Source of the DNA: the human T2T-CHM13v2.0 reference genome, Homo sapiens
Length of the DNA: 64,000 bases
Reading direction: 5' to 3' (one strand)
Assembly: GCF_009914755.1 (NCBI RefSeq)
Contig: NC_060926.1
The notes under the pieces were generated by a model. The model saw nothing but the letters and a program-made list of their open reading frames with translations, had not been told where the DNA came from and made no database searches. Shown in pieces: positions 41,009 to 53,440 of this stretch (the stretch's first letter is position 1; each line of letters starts with the position of its first letter). Both the position numbers and the translations under genes were made by a program.

Positions 41009-41373
41009 GGCCAGGCATGGTGGCTCACGCCTGTAATCCCAGCACTTTGGGAGGCCTAGGCGGGCAGATCACCTGAGGACAGGAGTTCAAGACCAGCCTG
41101 ACCAACATGGCAAAACCCCATCTCTACTAAAAATACAAAAAATACAAAAATTAGCCTGGTGTGGTGGAGGCTGCCTGTAATCCCAACTACTCGGGAGGCT
41201 GAGGCAGGAGAGTCACTTGAACCCAGGAGGCAGAGGTGGCAGTGAACCGAGATCGCTGCCTCCCAGTTTCAAGTGATCCTCCTGCCTCAGCCCCGCGAGT
41301 AGTTGGGATTTAGGCACCCTCCACCACACCAGCCTGGGTGAAAGAGTAAGACTCTGTCTCAAAAAAAAAAAAA
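41009..41373 (+). mobile_element. AluS with a 77-bp inverted copy of its own right arm
   Basis: Normal Alu up to gagatcgc, then antisense Alu sequence at 41256-41332, then the normal cctgggtga...poly(A) end. Confidence 0.95.
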
Positions 41374-42419
41374 CCACTAAAGGTAATAATGAAAGTCAAA
41401 TCAATCTGAACACTAGCTTCCAAATATTTGACATGTCAGAGAAAACCATAATGATCTTATTTTCATAAGGGTCTGAAATACCATATTATCTATGTAAATA
41501 ACAATTATTATTATTAATGTTATTTTAAATTGTATTATTATATACATTTGGGATGGTCAGCTGAGCTTTCAGGATACTCATTAAGTAAGAAAAGGGTTGT
41601 CCAGTCACCAAGCCATTGGTGGAACATGTTCTGGAAAAGCAAGGAATTGTCATTAAGAAATGGAGAATCAAAGGATTTCTCCACTGCCTCCCCCTAAACC
41701 AGGGCGCATGGTAATGAGGGAGGCATTCACTGCAGCATTGGCTGGAATCCCTCAAACATGCTGGGACTCCAGGGTTTGAGGGATGTACAGATGTTTCTCA
41801 ACAAAAGGGAGAAAATTTTTGAAAACAAAACTTATCTTTTTGAGAGTCTCCCAGAGCTAAGATCACTCAAACCCAGGCTATCTAAGATTGGCTTTAGGAA
41901 TTATGACCACTTGGTGACAGGGGTCATAACTTGCAAAGCTTTTATTTAACATTTTATAACATGATTTATTATATGATTAGATATCACTTGGTGACACAGA
42001 GACAAACAGAGACTGGGCAACAGTGAGTTGTAACCAGCAGGGGAGAATGGCAGCTGCCGAGGGGTGGACAGGCAGCAGCTGCAAGGCGACATCTGAGTAA
42101 CAAGGAACCCAGAAGGAGAAAGGGCCCTCTGAGGGGCAAGCCCTAAGAATAACTCAGACCAGGGCTCAGGAAGCCCATGCTGATTGCATAGAGGACCTTG
42201 TTTGTCATCAATCAGGTTAGGAAGAACTTTCAGGCAATGAAGGGTATCTCTCTGTATTCAAACATTGGTTAAATATAAGAGGGCCTTTTACCTGGAACAC
42301 AAGAACTGATTTGGACATAGAGAACTGAAAATCTAAATGAAGATCTCTTTCATGCTATAGAACATATTTCACTGCCATTGAGCAACATGCTGTGCTTCCA
42401 CCTTACACGTTGCTTTACA

Positions 42420-42646
42420 ATAAGGCTTTTCAATCTTGGCCCTATCGGTATTTTAGGCCAGAACATTCTTAGTTGTGGGGGACTGGTCTGTGCCTTGTAT
42501 GATATTCAAAAACATCCCTGACCTCTACCCACTAGATGCCAGTAGCATCCCACCCCTGTCCAAATACGACAAGCAAAAATGTCTCCAGAAATTCTGATGT
42601 GTCTTTGATCACAGGTGCAGGTTGGCCCCAATTGAATACCACTGCT
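42420..42646 (-). mobile_element. MER20 hAT MITE
   Basis: catccctgacctctacccactagatgccagtagca...aaaaatgtctccaga. Confidence 0.85.
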
Positions 42647-42879
42647 TTACAACAATGATATTCAGTCTTTGTGGAGAAGAGTTTACAAGAGAGCTTATGG
42701 AGTTTGGAAGAGCTCCAAGAACAGTTTAACTCTCCTCATTCCAAGAGGATCACTCTTCTAAATACTATGGAATCTGGTGAAGGCAACCACTCATACCCAA
42801 ACTCAGGCAACACACATATATTGGAACTCACTGATTTATTTACCTTTCCCCTCAAATAATATATTACTACATGAAGCCT

Positions 42880-43050
42880 ATGCACTGTGATCATTCACCT
42901 ATTTGTCTCCACTAAACTGTGGGGTCTGCAAAGACAGGACTATGCCTCATTTGTGTTTAAGTCCCTGAATCCCAAGCAAAGTAATTTGCAAAACCTGTTC
43001 TCTCAATAAACATTTGTTGGTTGATTAACTAAAATAGTGAATGAATGAAA
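42880..43050 (+). mobile_element. L2 3' end
   Basis: tgtctccactaaactgt...gacaggactatg...ctcaataaacatttgttggttga. Confidence 0.65.
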
Positions 43051-44050
43051 CAAAAGAACACAAGAAAATTTATACTTTCTACCCAATATGAGAGAATTCA
43101 CACTAAAGGCAAAGATCCATTACCACCTCTATCACACAGAAAATTGAGCTAGAAGCAACAAGTTTAGCACAGTAAAATAATGAGGCCAACATCTACTGAA
43201 GCTGAAAGGAGGAGCTAGAGATGAGAAGCAGAAACTTTTTCCAATATAGAAGTCAGTGTCTCACTCCATGAGGCACAGGGGTGGAAAGCCCAGAATAACA
43301 AAGCCGAGCATCCACATTCATTACTTTGGTGCATTTATTTGCATGTTTTATGTGCTCTCAGTAGCCAGGACAGAGCTCATCTTTGGGCTCCCTGTGCCAA
43401 GCAATATGTTACTCTGAAGTACATGTCATTCTGATGGATGCTGCTTTCTCTTTGCAGCTGGATAGCACTTGAGCCAAAAGGTTACTATCCCCTTGAATAA
43501 TGAATGGGACATTCATGCGCATTTTTGTAGATTATCAAATCAATCTCCATGTGCTATCAAAATAGACTGAATTCCAAGAAGAGTATCATCTCCCCAGACC
43601 CAAATGCTAGCCTCCTGCAGAAGTCTTTCAATGTGTCTTGGCCACCATGCACAGTAAGGAGAGCTTTTAGAGTACTCTGAAGTTTTTAGCCAAGATTAGC
43701 AAAGTCAAGCATCAATAAATGGTATGTCAACAAAATATAAACAAGATGGGCATAGACTAAGGCTCGTTATACTTCATACTCTAAGGAAGGTCATTAAGTT
43801 ATCACACCAGTTTGAGTCACATGCCTAGCTTCCTATTTTATTAGCAAATGCTGGTATGCACTCTAATTCCACAATGAATATCATTCCAGTTAGCTTAAAA
43901 CTTCCTTCAATTAAGCCGACATTTATGAACTTTATTTTATTTTTACACACGGCAAACATGAAAATGCAATGTCACTTCATTGCCTAAAGTTTTTTACTGC
44001 TATTCTTCATGATGAAATCTGCAACTTGCAAATCATACTGGAATAATGAT

Positions 44051-44088
44051 GCTCTGGCTCTGGGGTCTCGCTCTGGCTCTGGGGTCTC
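44051..44088 (+). repeat. Perfect 19-bp tandem duplication (gctctggctctggggtctc)2
   Basis: Direct reading. Confidence 0.95.
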
Positions 44089-45104
44089 TGTTTATACTAA
44101 TTCCATGACTCTACGATCCAAAAGGACTCGACTCCAGTCCTCTGACTTTATCAGGGTCTTGTGCAACCTTACCTTTGCCTTTGCGATTGGCTGCCTGGAA
44201 CGTTGTTCACCTGCTTAACTCCCGGAAAAACTCCTATAGTTCTTCCAATTTTGTTCAAACTTCTTGTTATCCCTTTCCTCATGCCACCAACTAATGATTC
44301 TGCTTCTCTCCTTTATTTTACTCTACCTTGAACTCATCTCCATTCCAGCTGAAATGGTAGATTATTATAATTGTCTGATTTTTTTCTGTTTTCTAACATT
44401 CAGGAAACCCTTTGAAAGTTAAGAAACATGTCCTTCAGAATGGGTAGATATCTGGCTCAGTATCTGACAAAGAAAAGGCACTCAGATATGTGGAGAAGAA
44501 ATGAATATACACCACATCCTTTTATTTTTTTAAAAATAACACATTTAGTAAATCAGTACAATTTGAGCAAATAAGGATAGAAAGGGAGATTGGGGAAAAG
44601 AAGCACTCAGAAACGCAGACCAGGAGGGGTGCTGCATTTGGCACTTACGCTTAATGATAATACTGCTTGTTGCCAAAGTAAAGCTTTTAATTTATAATTC
44701 ATACTTGTCAGAGACTGAGACAAAGGTTTGTTTCTTGCAACAAGCATGGCCTTTTCTAGCCCCAAGTTCTGAAGGAAATTTCTGCCATATGGCTCCCTGG
44801 GGGTGCAGCAAAGAGTGCCCTTCGCTGGGAGACACGGGCTTCCTGCCTCATACACATCACAGTGCTGGAAACTGCAGAGGAGGACAAAGGACTCGCCACT
44901 GGTAAGGTTCTCCTTTCCCATATAATTGTAGACTGGTGGGAAGTTTTTGTTGGACAGGAAACAGAGATGCCAACTGAAGGCTAACCTGGAAAAGACATGT
45001 GCTCAGAAGTCTAGACTTCCTCCCAGGGAGACCAACGTGTTAAAGAAGAAATATCTAAGAAACTAGAAGCAGATAAAGTTCCTGCAAAATATAGAAAGAA
45101 GAAG

Positions 45105-45421
45105 GGTCGGGCGCAGTGGCTCACGCCTGTAATCCCAGTACTCTGGAAGGCCAAGGTGGGTGGATCACTTGAGGTCAGGATTTCGAGACCAGCCCGGCCA
45201 AACATGGTGAAACCCCATCTCTACTAAAAACACAAAAAGTAGCCGGGCATGGCGGCAGGTGCCTGTAATCCCAGCTACTCAGGAGGCTGAGGCAGGAGAA
45301 TCGCTTGAACTCACGGAGGGGACAGAGGTTGCCGTAAGCCGAGATCCTACCACTGCACTTCAGCCTGGGTGACAGAGTGAAACTCCATCTCAAAAAAAAG
45401 AAGAAGAAGAAGGAGAAGAAG
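45105..45421 (+). mobile_element. AluS (Sx/Sz) with (AAG)n tail
   Basis: Full dimer; agaagaag on both flanks. Confidence 0.95.
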
Positions 45422-46099
45422 TCCTCAGAGAGTTGGAGGAGAACCAGGAAAGAAAAGCAACTTCACGTAAACCCAGGAAGGGGGCAAGAGAGTCAAGAAC
45501 AGGGCGGCAGGCCACAAGGCCCAGTGCTGCCTGAGCTCAAACAAAAAAAAAAGGACACAAAATGTCCTTGGAGTTAGTCATGGAATTGTGAGCATTAGCC
45601 TTTGGGGAGACAATGTCAGTAGTGAGGTGAGTGAGGCTAGATCACATGGGCTTCACGACAGTGAATAGGAAAAAAGAAGTGCAGATGAGATTAAGTCCAT
45701 CAGGCAAAATAGCCAAAATGTTTTGCAACTGTATTGGGTAACATGACCTGAACACGATCCATGCCAAAGTGTCCCCACAGTGTGGAGACTTTGGGTGAAC
45801 AGATGACAAGAAAAGTAAAAGAGGGTTACTCCTTTATGACATGATTGTAATCAGAGGGAGTGGATGAGAAAAATAAGTCAGAAGACAGTGAGCATGGACT
45901 CACATGTTCTTAACCCCTATGGCATGTTTCCAGCTAACTTCAGCAAGTAATTAAAGTTTTTCTTATTATTGGAAAATTATTGGAAAGACTTATTACCACT
46001 ATTATAATATTAATATATTTATTAACAATGAGAAAGAAGCAACAAGACATTTTAAGTATGGCCTTTGGAATCCTAATGGGAAATGTTAGGGTTGAAACC

Positions 46100-46440
46100 T
46101 ACCTTGTCCTTTTTTGTTGCTATAACAAAATACCTTAGACTAGGTAACTTATAAACAACATAAATTAATCAATTTTGGAGGCTAGAGAGTCCAAGCTTAA
46201 TGTACCAGCTAATCAGCTAATCAGCTAATCATTGCCTGGCGAGGGTTTGCTTTGTGCTTCAAAGATGGTGCCTTCTTGCTGTGTAGTAAACGTGGTCCTT
46301 TCAATCTCTTTTGTAAGAGCGCCAATCTCTCATGACTTAATAACATCCCAAAAGACTCTGCCTCTTAATACTATGACATTAGGATTAAGTTTCAACACAT
46401 GAATTTGGGTGGGGGGGACACTAACGTTTAGACCATAGTA
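46100..46440 (-). mobile_element. MST/MLT1A-class MaLR LTR
   Basis: gttgctataacaaaataccttagactaggtaacttataaacaaca...aagatggtgccttcttgctgtgt...ggattaagtttcaacacatgaattt. Confidence 0.8.
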
Positions 46441-46606
46441 TAACCCTAAGAAAGAAATATGAGTCATTATTCTTGATCCAACATGCTGTATATACCTAAA
46501 ATACGCCGTGGGCTATAGACCCGAGAGCTGATTTGGAGCCACCATGCAGGGTGCCTATGATGTCATGTGTACCTAGATTGGTCTCTGCCATCATTCACAT
46601 CGATAT

Positions 46607-46779
46607 TATTTTTTAATTTTAATTTTTTCAATTTGTATTATTTTATTTTATTATAATTTTTTGAGGTGGGATCTTGCCATGTTGCTCAGGGTGGTCTCAA
46701 ACTCCTGAGTTCAAGCCACTCCTCTGCCTCAGCCTCCCAAAGTGCTGGGACTACAGGTGTGAGTCACCCTGCCCACCCG
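46607..46779 (-). mobile_element. FLAM / Alu left monomer
   Basis: Single antisense arm; TSD acatcgatat/acatcaatat. Confidence 0.85.
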
Positions 46780-47044
46780 ACATCAATATAGTCATGGAAA
46801 ATAGAGGGAGGGGGGCTTATATGTTTAAAACTTTCTACGAAAGGCTTTCATACACATTACTATAGCTAATGACCACAATGACATTGAAAGAGAGGCAAGA
46901 TACATAACTCGATTTTTTTCCTTACTTTTTTTAACGGAGGTCATCAAGTTAAATATATAACCCACTTTTGAAGCTGGAAAAACAGAGGCAAGGGGATTGA
47001 TGTGTCCCTATCACATAGGAGAGCTGGACATAGAGCCGGGGGAG

Positions 47045-47486
47045 TTTAGCCCATGTTATCTGTTACTGCATAACCATTACCTCAAAACTTAATTGGTAGT
47101 GACAACAAATATTATTATCTGACAGTTTCTTTGGGTCAGGAATTCAGAAGAAGCTTGGTCACATGGTTCTGGCTTAGAGTCTCTTAAGAAGCTGCGGACA
47201 GAGTGTTGGCCAGAGCTGCAGATGTTTGAAGGCTTGGAGAGCTGGAGAAGGTGCTTCCACAATGGTGCACACACAGGGCTGGAGAGACAGTCCCTTAGGC
47301 AAGGTGGCTGGCCCCCTCCAGGCACGTGATCTGAGAGTGAGGGAGGGGAAACAGAGGTAACTTTCTGACTTGTCTCAGAAATCACACACTTTTCCTTTCT
47401 ACCACAGGTGAGGTGGGAGGAATTAATCTCCAGCGCAAGAAAGGCAGTGTAGCAAACAATGGTGGACATTTTTTTAAACCGCCACA
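47045..47486 (-). mobile_element. MLT1 (F-like) MaLR LTR
   Basis: ctcaaaacttaattgg...tgggtcaggaattcag...tgaaggcttgg...ggacatttttttaaaccgccaca. Confidence 0.75.
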
Positions 47487-48121
47487 CACCCCGACTGCCT
47501 GGTTCTTGTTTCCATGACAGTAGAAAACCCTGAACCAACCCCGGGTACAAAGGAGAGGCAGGTATAGTTTATTGAAACTGTTGTTCCCTTGACTTAATTC
47601 TTATTTTTCCTCTGAGGAGCTTTCCACCACCTCTGTTACCCTATAATGTCCTGCCTTCCTTCTACAAAACCCTGTTTTTAGTCGGTCCAAACACACTGTC
47701 CCCATCTATTACATGGAGTGTTAGCCAGAAGTCCAAGCTTATGCCAACCCCCATGAAAGCATGGTATATCCAGGCATGCCTTGAGTTTCAGGGCACTCCT
47801 TAAACAGTGACAGTAAATCACAGGGGCAGTCATCTGTCCTGTCTATGTGTAAGGCCATATAGGAAGCCATAAAGAGTGAACAAACCTATGGTAGGTCTTT
47901 AAATAACAGAAAAGTCCATCTCCAAAACATTTTTTTTATTCAAGGTCTATTTTGCCTAGTGAATAACACTTTTTAGAGCACATTTAGAATCTGGAACATG
48001 AAAGTCTTAGCTCACGTGCAATGCAAAATCCAACTTAATTTCGCCCACATAATCCCATGTTCCCCAAATAATCAAATTTGATATGGAATTATCTAATCCC
48101 TTTCTATAAAAGATACCACCA

Positions 48122-48416
48122 GCCGGGCGTGGTGGCTCACGCCTGTAAGCCCAGCACTTTGGAAGGCTGAGGCGGGCGTATCTGAGGTCAGGAGTTCAAG
48201 ACCAGCCTGACCAACATGGAGAAACCCCGTCTCTACTAAAAATACAAAATTAGCCGGGCATGGTGGCACATGCCTGCAAACCCATCTACTAGGGAGGCTG
48301 AGGCAGGAGAATCGCTTGAACCTGGGAGGAAGAGGTTTCGGTGAGCTGAGATCACGCCACTTCATTCCAGCCTGGGCAGCAAGAGTGAAACTCCGTTTCA
48401 AAAAAAAAAAAAAAAA
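48122..48416 (+). mobile_element. AluSp
   Basis: cctgaccaacatggagaaacccc diagnostic; TSD agataccacca at 48111-48121 and 48417-48427. Confidence 0.9.
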
Positions 48417-48550
48417 AGATACCACCATTTAACTAAAAGATTGTTTTCACATTAATGTGCAAAAGTATTTGATGACACCCATTCAACAGTCCACACTTCT
48501 TAACATGTCTCTTATTCAGATGGATGGTGATAGCCAGTATCCCCAGCTTC

Positions 48551-48712
48551 ATGAAGGAGAAAGAGGAAGAAGAAAAGAAGAAGTAGGAGGAAGAGCGGGA
48601 GGAGGAAAGGTGGAGGTGGCGAGGAAAAGGAAGTGCAGGAGGAACAGAGGGAAAAAATGAAACATTTTGAAAAAGGGGAAGCAGGAGAGAAAAGGAGGAA
48701 AAGTCTAGGGAA
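48551..48712 (+). repeat. GA-rich low-complexity tract
   Basis: Direct reading. Confidence 0.8.
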
Positions 48713-50764
48713 AGCAGTCACTGGACAGAGATTATTTTAAATTATTCTATTCAAAGGCTGAAAAGCCATCAGAGACGTCTTATCTCTGGTAAGCCCTCAA
48801 GATGTCCTCAGAATTAATGCCAAATTGGCAAAGAACTTTTCAATTTTACTTCTATTTGCAATGAAGCTGTTCCATTGTCGAGTGCATTCCGATTATGATT
48901 GCAAATGCAGAGAAAATGAGTGGACCAGTGCACAGTGCAATTTCATTGTCCCTGTGATATATTAAGGATGGTAGCTTGCAATACAATAGAAAAAAGAAAA
49001 CTACACACAGTAACCCAGCACATGCAGAGTGTTCATTAAAGCAGCAAAGGAACAGATTTGTTAAATTATAATTGTTTTTATATTTACAATTTCACCAATA
49101 AATTAAAGTTTAGTACACTAATTAGATTGTATATTACGGTACCTGCACGTGCTATTTTCATTCACTTCACAGCTGGCAGATGGCGTGAGCAGATGATTCT
49201 GCTATTAGGAGCCACGGAATTTTAAAGAGACAAGCATAATTGTGCGTATCACTCCTTTGCTGTTCTAGCCATGTGTGTGAACCTGGCCCACTTAAATGCA
49301 ATACAGCCTCGATATTACTGCCACATCCTTATTTTGAAAACTGCTTATGCTTTTTTAATATAAAACCTACATTACTCATTATTTTTAAATGTTTGGTAAA
49401 AATTATATTGTGTAGACAAATGCAGTCATGCAATAATCCAGTTGCAGGTGTTTCCTACTAAATGATAAACTATGTGTTTCTCCTCTCTCTAGTGGGTTAC
49501 CTGATCTAACAAAAGTCTCAGGATGGTGAAACTTCCTGGAAGACTAACTTTCCAATTTACCAAATATTTGTTGAATGACTGAATGCCAGACTTCAGAACA
49601 GAATAAAATGACTGAATAGATCATGTGGAAGGATATGTGGTTGAGTTGACTGTCACTGATGCAAGGAGAAAAAAATCATTAAAAACGGAGAGGTGAAGGG
49701 TAGTTTCACATGATCAACACTGAGTTGTTCCCTGAGCTGTTTGCAACGTTGATTGCAAGCGCGAATCCTCCTCAGGGAAAATATGTCCTCTTGTAGATGG
49801 AGTCATATGCCAGTGTCTTACCAGATGTGAGAAGCTCTCCCAAGGGCAAAGTAGCCCCACAGTGAAAAGAAAGCCACGCTCCACCCTCACGTGCCCCAAA
49901 CAACCCCAGATGGTCTAAAGGCTCTTAAAAGGTGGGTTGAGTGACTCGGGCGTATTACAATTCCCAAAGTATTCAATTTCATCCTTGACCAAATCTCCCC
50001 ACTCCATCCTGCTTTTCACCAAGGAATCCAGCAGTACTGACAGAGTTAGCTTAAGGTGGCCATGCTGTGTGTTTGCCTGTCCAACCCCGGCTGAAGTTCC
50101 TATGATCGCTCCTTTTATGTCCAACCCTCTTGCACAGCTCTTGCGGTCAGGGTGCAGGGCATGGGCTTTGCTTTGCTAGCAGGATTTGCTGGCCCCTCTG
50201 TGCTAGTATATACGAACTATGTCAAATAGTCCCCATTTGGAGAAACTATTTAAAATAATTGGGAGTGTATGCCAAAAAATTTAAAATAATTTTGTTAAAA
50301 TATGACTCTTTCAAGCAATGTTCTACCTTATAATCTATTTTATTTAAAAATTTTTAATAAAAGACTTTATTTTTTTGAAAGCTTCAACTCAGACATGCTT
50401 AACATGGTCTCTACCAATGTTTATTTATTTAAAGATACATATTTTAACAAAGTAATTAATTATTAATTGTATAGACATATTATATTACATGGAAGGTTTT
50501 TCTATTGCAAACTAAAATCCAGTATTTACTTATGAATGTTATTAGGCTACCTCAATGGCAACTGAAATGAAGAAGTTAAGCATTAATACAAAATATATCT
50601 TCACTGTAGCTCCAGAAGGAGTCAGAAGATGGCATGGGCTCATGGTGCAGATGGAAGCTCTCTCCAGATTGCATCTAAAGGTAACATGGAATCAGATTAC
50701 CAGATAGAAATGAATGAGAGGAAGGAGGTATCTGCAGCTCTAGATGGCTGCCCTGGGCTAGGAG

Positions 50765-52085
50765 GGCAGGTCTGCAGATCCCTGGGGTGTTCGAGACTTC
50801 TACAAGACATCTACGAAGTCAAAACTACTTTTATAAGAAAATTAAGATGTTATTTGCTTGTTTCATCGTGTTGATGTTTGCACTGCAAAAACAACGATGA
50901 GTAAAACGGCTGGCCCAAGCCGAATGGAGGCAGCAGAACCGAATTGTTCTAATGGCCATTGTGCTCTTCCTGCCATGCCTTTGCAATGAAAAAACATGTA
51001 AATACATAGACACACATACACATATTCCAGTTTCCCTTACTACCCATGAGGTATATATAAAGATTATAAATATGATTGAATGTCAACACTTATGTACATA
51101 TCTTTTTGCTCCTCTGTGTGATAAGTGTGAGGTGTGTTTTGAGCACTTCCCTGTGTGCCAAAGCATGATGGTTATCACGCTCATGTCAAGGAAAAGGTCT
51201 CGACAAGTATTTGAGCTTCCAGCTGAATTGGACACTTTTTGTTTGAAAAGAAGACTGACAGACAAACCGGCCACTCTGACCTGGGGATGTGGCAGATATT
51301 TTCTTGAAAATGAATGAAGCGAGCCTGTCATTTCAAGAAAAAACAACTGGCTATGTTTATTGACAATGATAATATTTCAACTTTTGAGTGAAGGTCAGAA
51401 ACATGGAAAACTTGTATCCATTCATCTGAGCCTAACCGTGTCTCTCCACTTGAAGATATTTCTGATGAGATGGGCAGTGATAATAACCAGTGTGTAATAT
51501 TTTTGCCATTGGATAATGAAATATGTGGACATGTGGAAAATCTGGATAACTCGGTGAACCAATGTTTTCTAAGGGGCCAGTGCATGATGTTACAAAATCT
51601 CACATAGATGAAAGACGCATTGAAAGTCCATGACAGACTAGTGCAACGGAGGACAAAAAGTTCACTGATGTAGTTCCAGTCTTTCCTCACTGCAACTCAC
51701 CTTTCAGAAATTTATATTCTTCAAATTTCTTTGTAATATCAGAGAAGGATATACACAAGTATCATAAAAGGTTGCTAAAATTATCCTCGCATCTTTCTGA
51801 ATCTACTTCAACCTAACCACTTGTTGCAACAAATCAATGGAGGATATGGGACCCAGCTACGTTGCATTCAGCCTGACAGCAAAGAGACTGGCAAACCTCG
51901 AAGCTGTTCTTTTCACTAAATTTTCGTAAAAATATGTTGTGTTGACATGTCGTGGGTTTATAATAAATAAATATTCCAACAGTTCTCAGTCTTAATTCTT
52001 AATATAGTTAATTCCAATAGAAACTACCCATATAAATGAAACCTCTTAAGGGTGCGAAGAGGTTCTTGATAGTGGAGAATTGCTG
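50765..52085 (+). mobile_element. Charlie1a hAT DNA transposon fossil with decayed transposase C-terminus
   Basis: gtcaaaactacttttataag...ggcagatattttcttgaaaatgaatgaagcgagcctgtcatttcaag...ccagtgcatgatgttacaaaatc; ORF 50952-51317 reads IKIINMIE..LFAPLCDK..VFELPAEL, resembling Charlie transposase. Confidence 0.85.
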
Positions 52086-53120
52086 GGTCATGGAGCTGCC
52101 ATGATTGCTGGGCATTGAGGATTCATTTGAGGTTATGGATTATGGATTAAAACTGGGCTCAGTGAGGGGCTAACATGTTGTTCTCCAGAAACATCCATGT
52201 GTGCAGTGTTGGTGGAGTATGGAAAGCAAATTTGTTTCTCTAACAGACGTTATAGTCTTTCTTTACAAGCCGTAAAATTAATGCCAGCTGATTTTATTCT
52301 AAAAGAAATTTGGTTGGTTAAGGTGCCGAATGACCCAGAAACCTGCAGACCCAGGCCAAGATGGATGAGACCAAAAGGAGACAAGGCTTTCAGGAGCACA
52401 GGCAGGAGACTCTGGCCTGGAAGGGACAGGAGACCCCACGAAGCCCCTACCACTGCCTCAGGCTGTCGCTGCTGGGGCCCTTGCCAGAGCTTCCCTGGAC
52501 GCAGAAAAATGGGCCTTCTCTTTTTGCTTCTGTGATAGGAAATGCTGTCTGCCTCCTACTTAGAATCATACGCAGTGGTAGGAACTCCCCAATATAGAAA
52601 ATTGATTCTGATTGTAGTTCAAAAAAAAATCCTCATATCCTGCAAGTCCCTTTCTCTGTTATATTCACCTCTTCTCCAAACCCTCTAAATCTCCCTAAGA
52701 CTCCCTTAGGGAGTCTAAAACCAGCTTCCTGGTTAAACAAAGTAAAAAACAAAACGAAACAAAACCAAAAACAAGAAGGGAGAAAGGCAAGGAAGAGTGA
52801 AATAAACAGCGGCATATAAAAAGAAATTAATAGCCTAGGTTAGCATTCCTTATTACTATATATTCAGCTCTTATACCCACACTGGAGGGTAGCCAACTTT
52901 GTGACTGTTGTCTCAGACATTGACACTTGGGGTTAACGCACCTAGAATAGTTATTTGGTTTATTTTAATTACCAAGTTCCAAAAGAACAGAACAATTTGT
53001 TTCTTTGTTTGTTTTGTAATATACTGTTAGGATGCATGAGAGATCAGGAATAAGCATTCTGAGGCCAAATTCTGCTCTATTCTCAATCTATATGGAAAAA
53101 TACCAAGACAGGTCTGTGTA

Positions 53121-53440
53121 TTTTGTTTTTGTTTTTGTATTTTTGAGATGGAGTCTCACTTTGTCACCCAGGCTGCAGTGCAGTGGCATGATCTTGGCTC
53201 ACTGCAATCTCCACGTCCTGGCTTCAAGTGATTCTCCTGCCTCAGCCTCCTGAGTAGCTGAAATTACAGGCGTGCACCACCACAACCGGCTAATTTTGTT
53301 GTTGTTGTTGTTGTATTTTTAGTAGAGACAGGGTCTCACCATGTTGGCCAGCCTGGTCTCAAACTCCTTACCTCAGGTGATCTGCCCACCTCGGCCTCCC
53401 AAAGTGCTGAGATTACAGTCGGGAGGCACCACACCCGGCC
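53121..53440 (-). mobile_element. AluSx with (GTT)n in the linker
   Basis: Full antisense dimer; degenerate TSD ctgtgtatttt/ctgcgcatttt. Confidence 0.95.

Noticed and set aside
42033-42046. CTCF-like CCAGCAGGGGAGAA
   Set aside because: Lacks the 3' GGC of the core; too weak to call.
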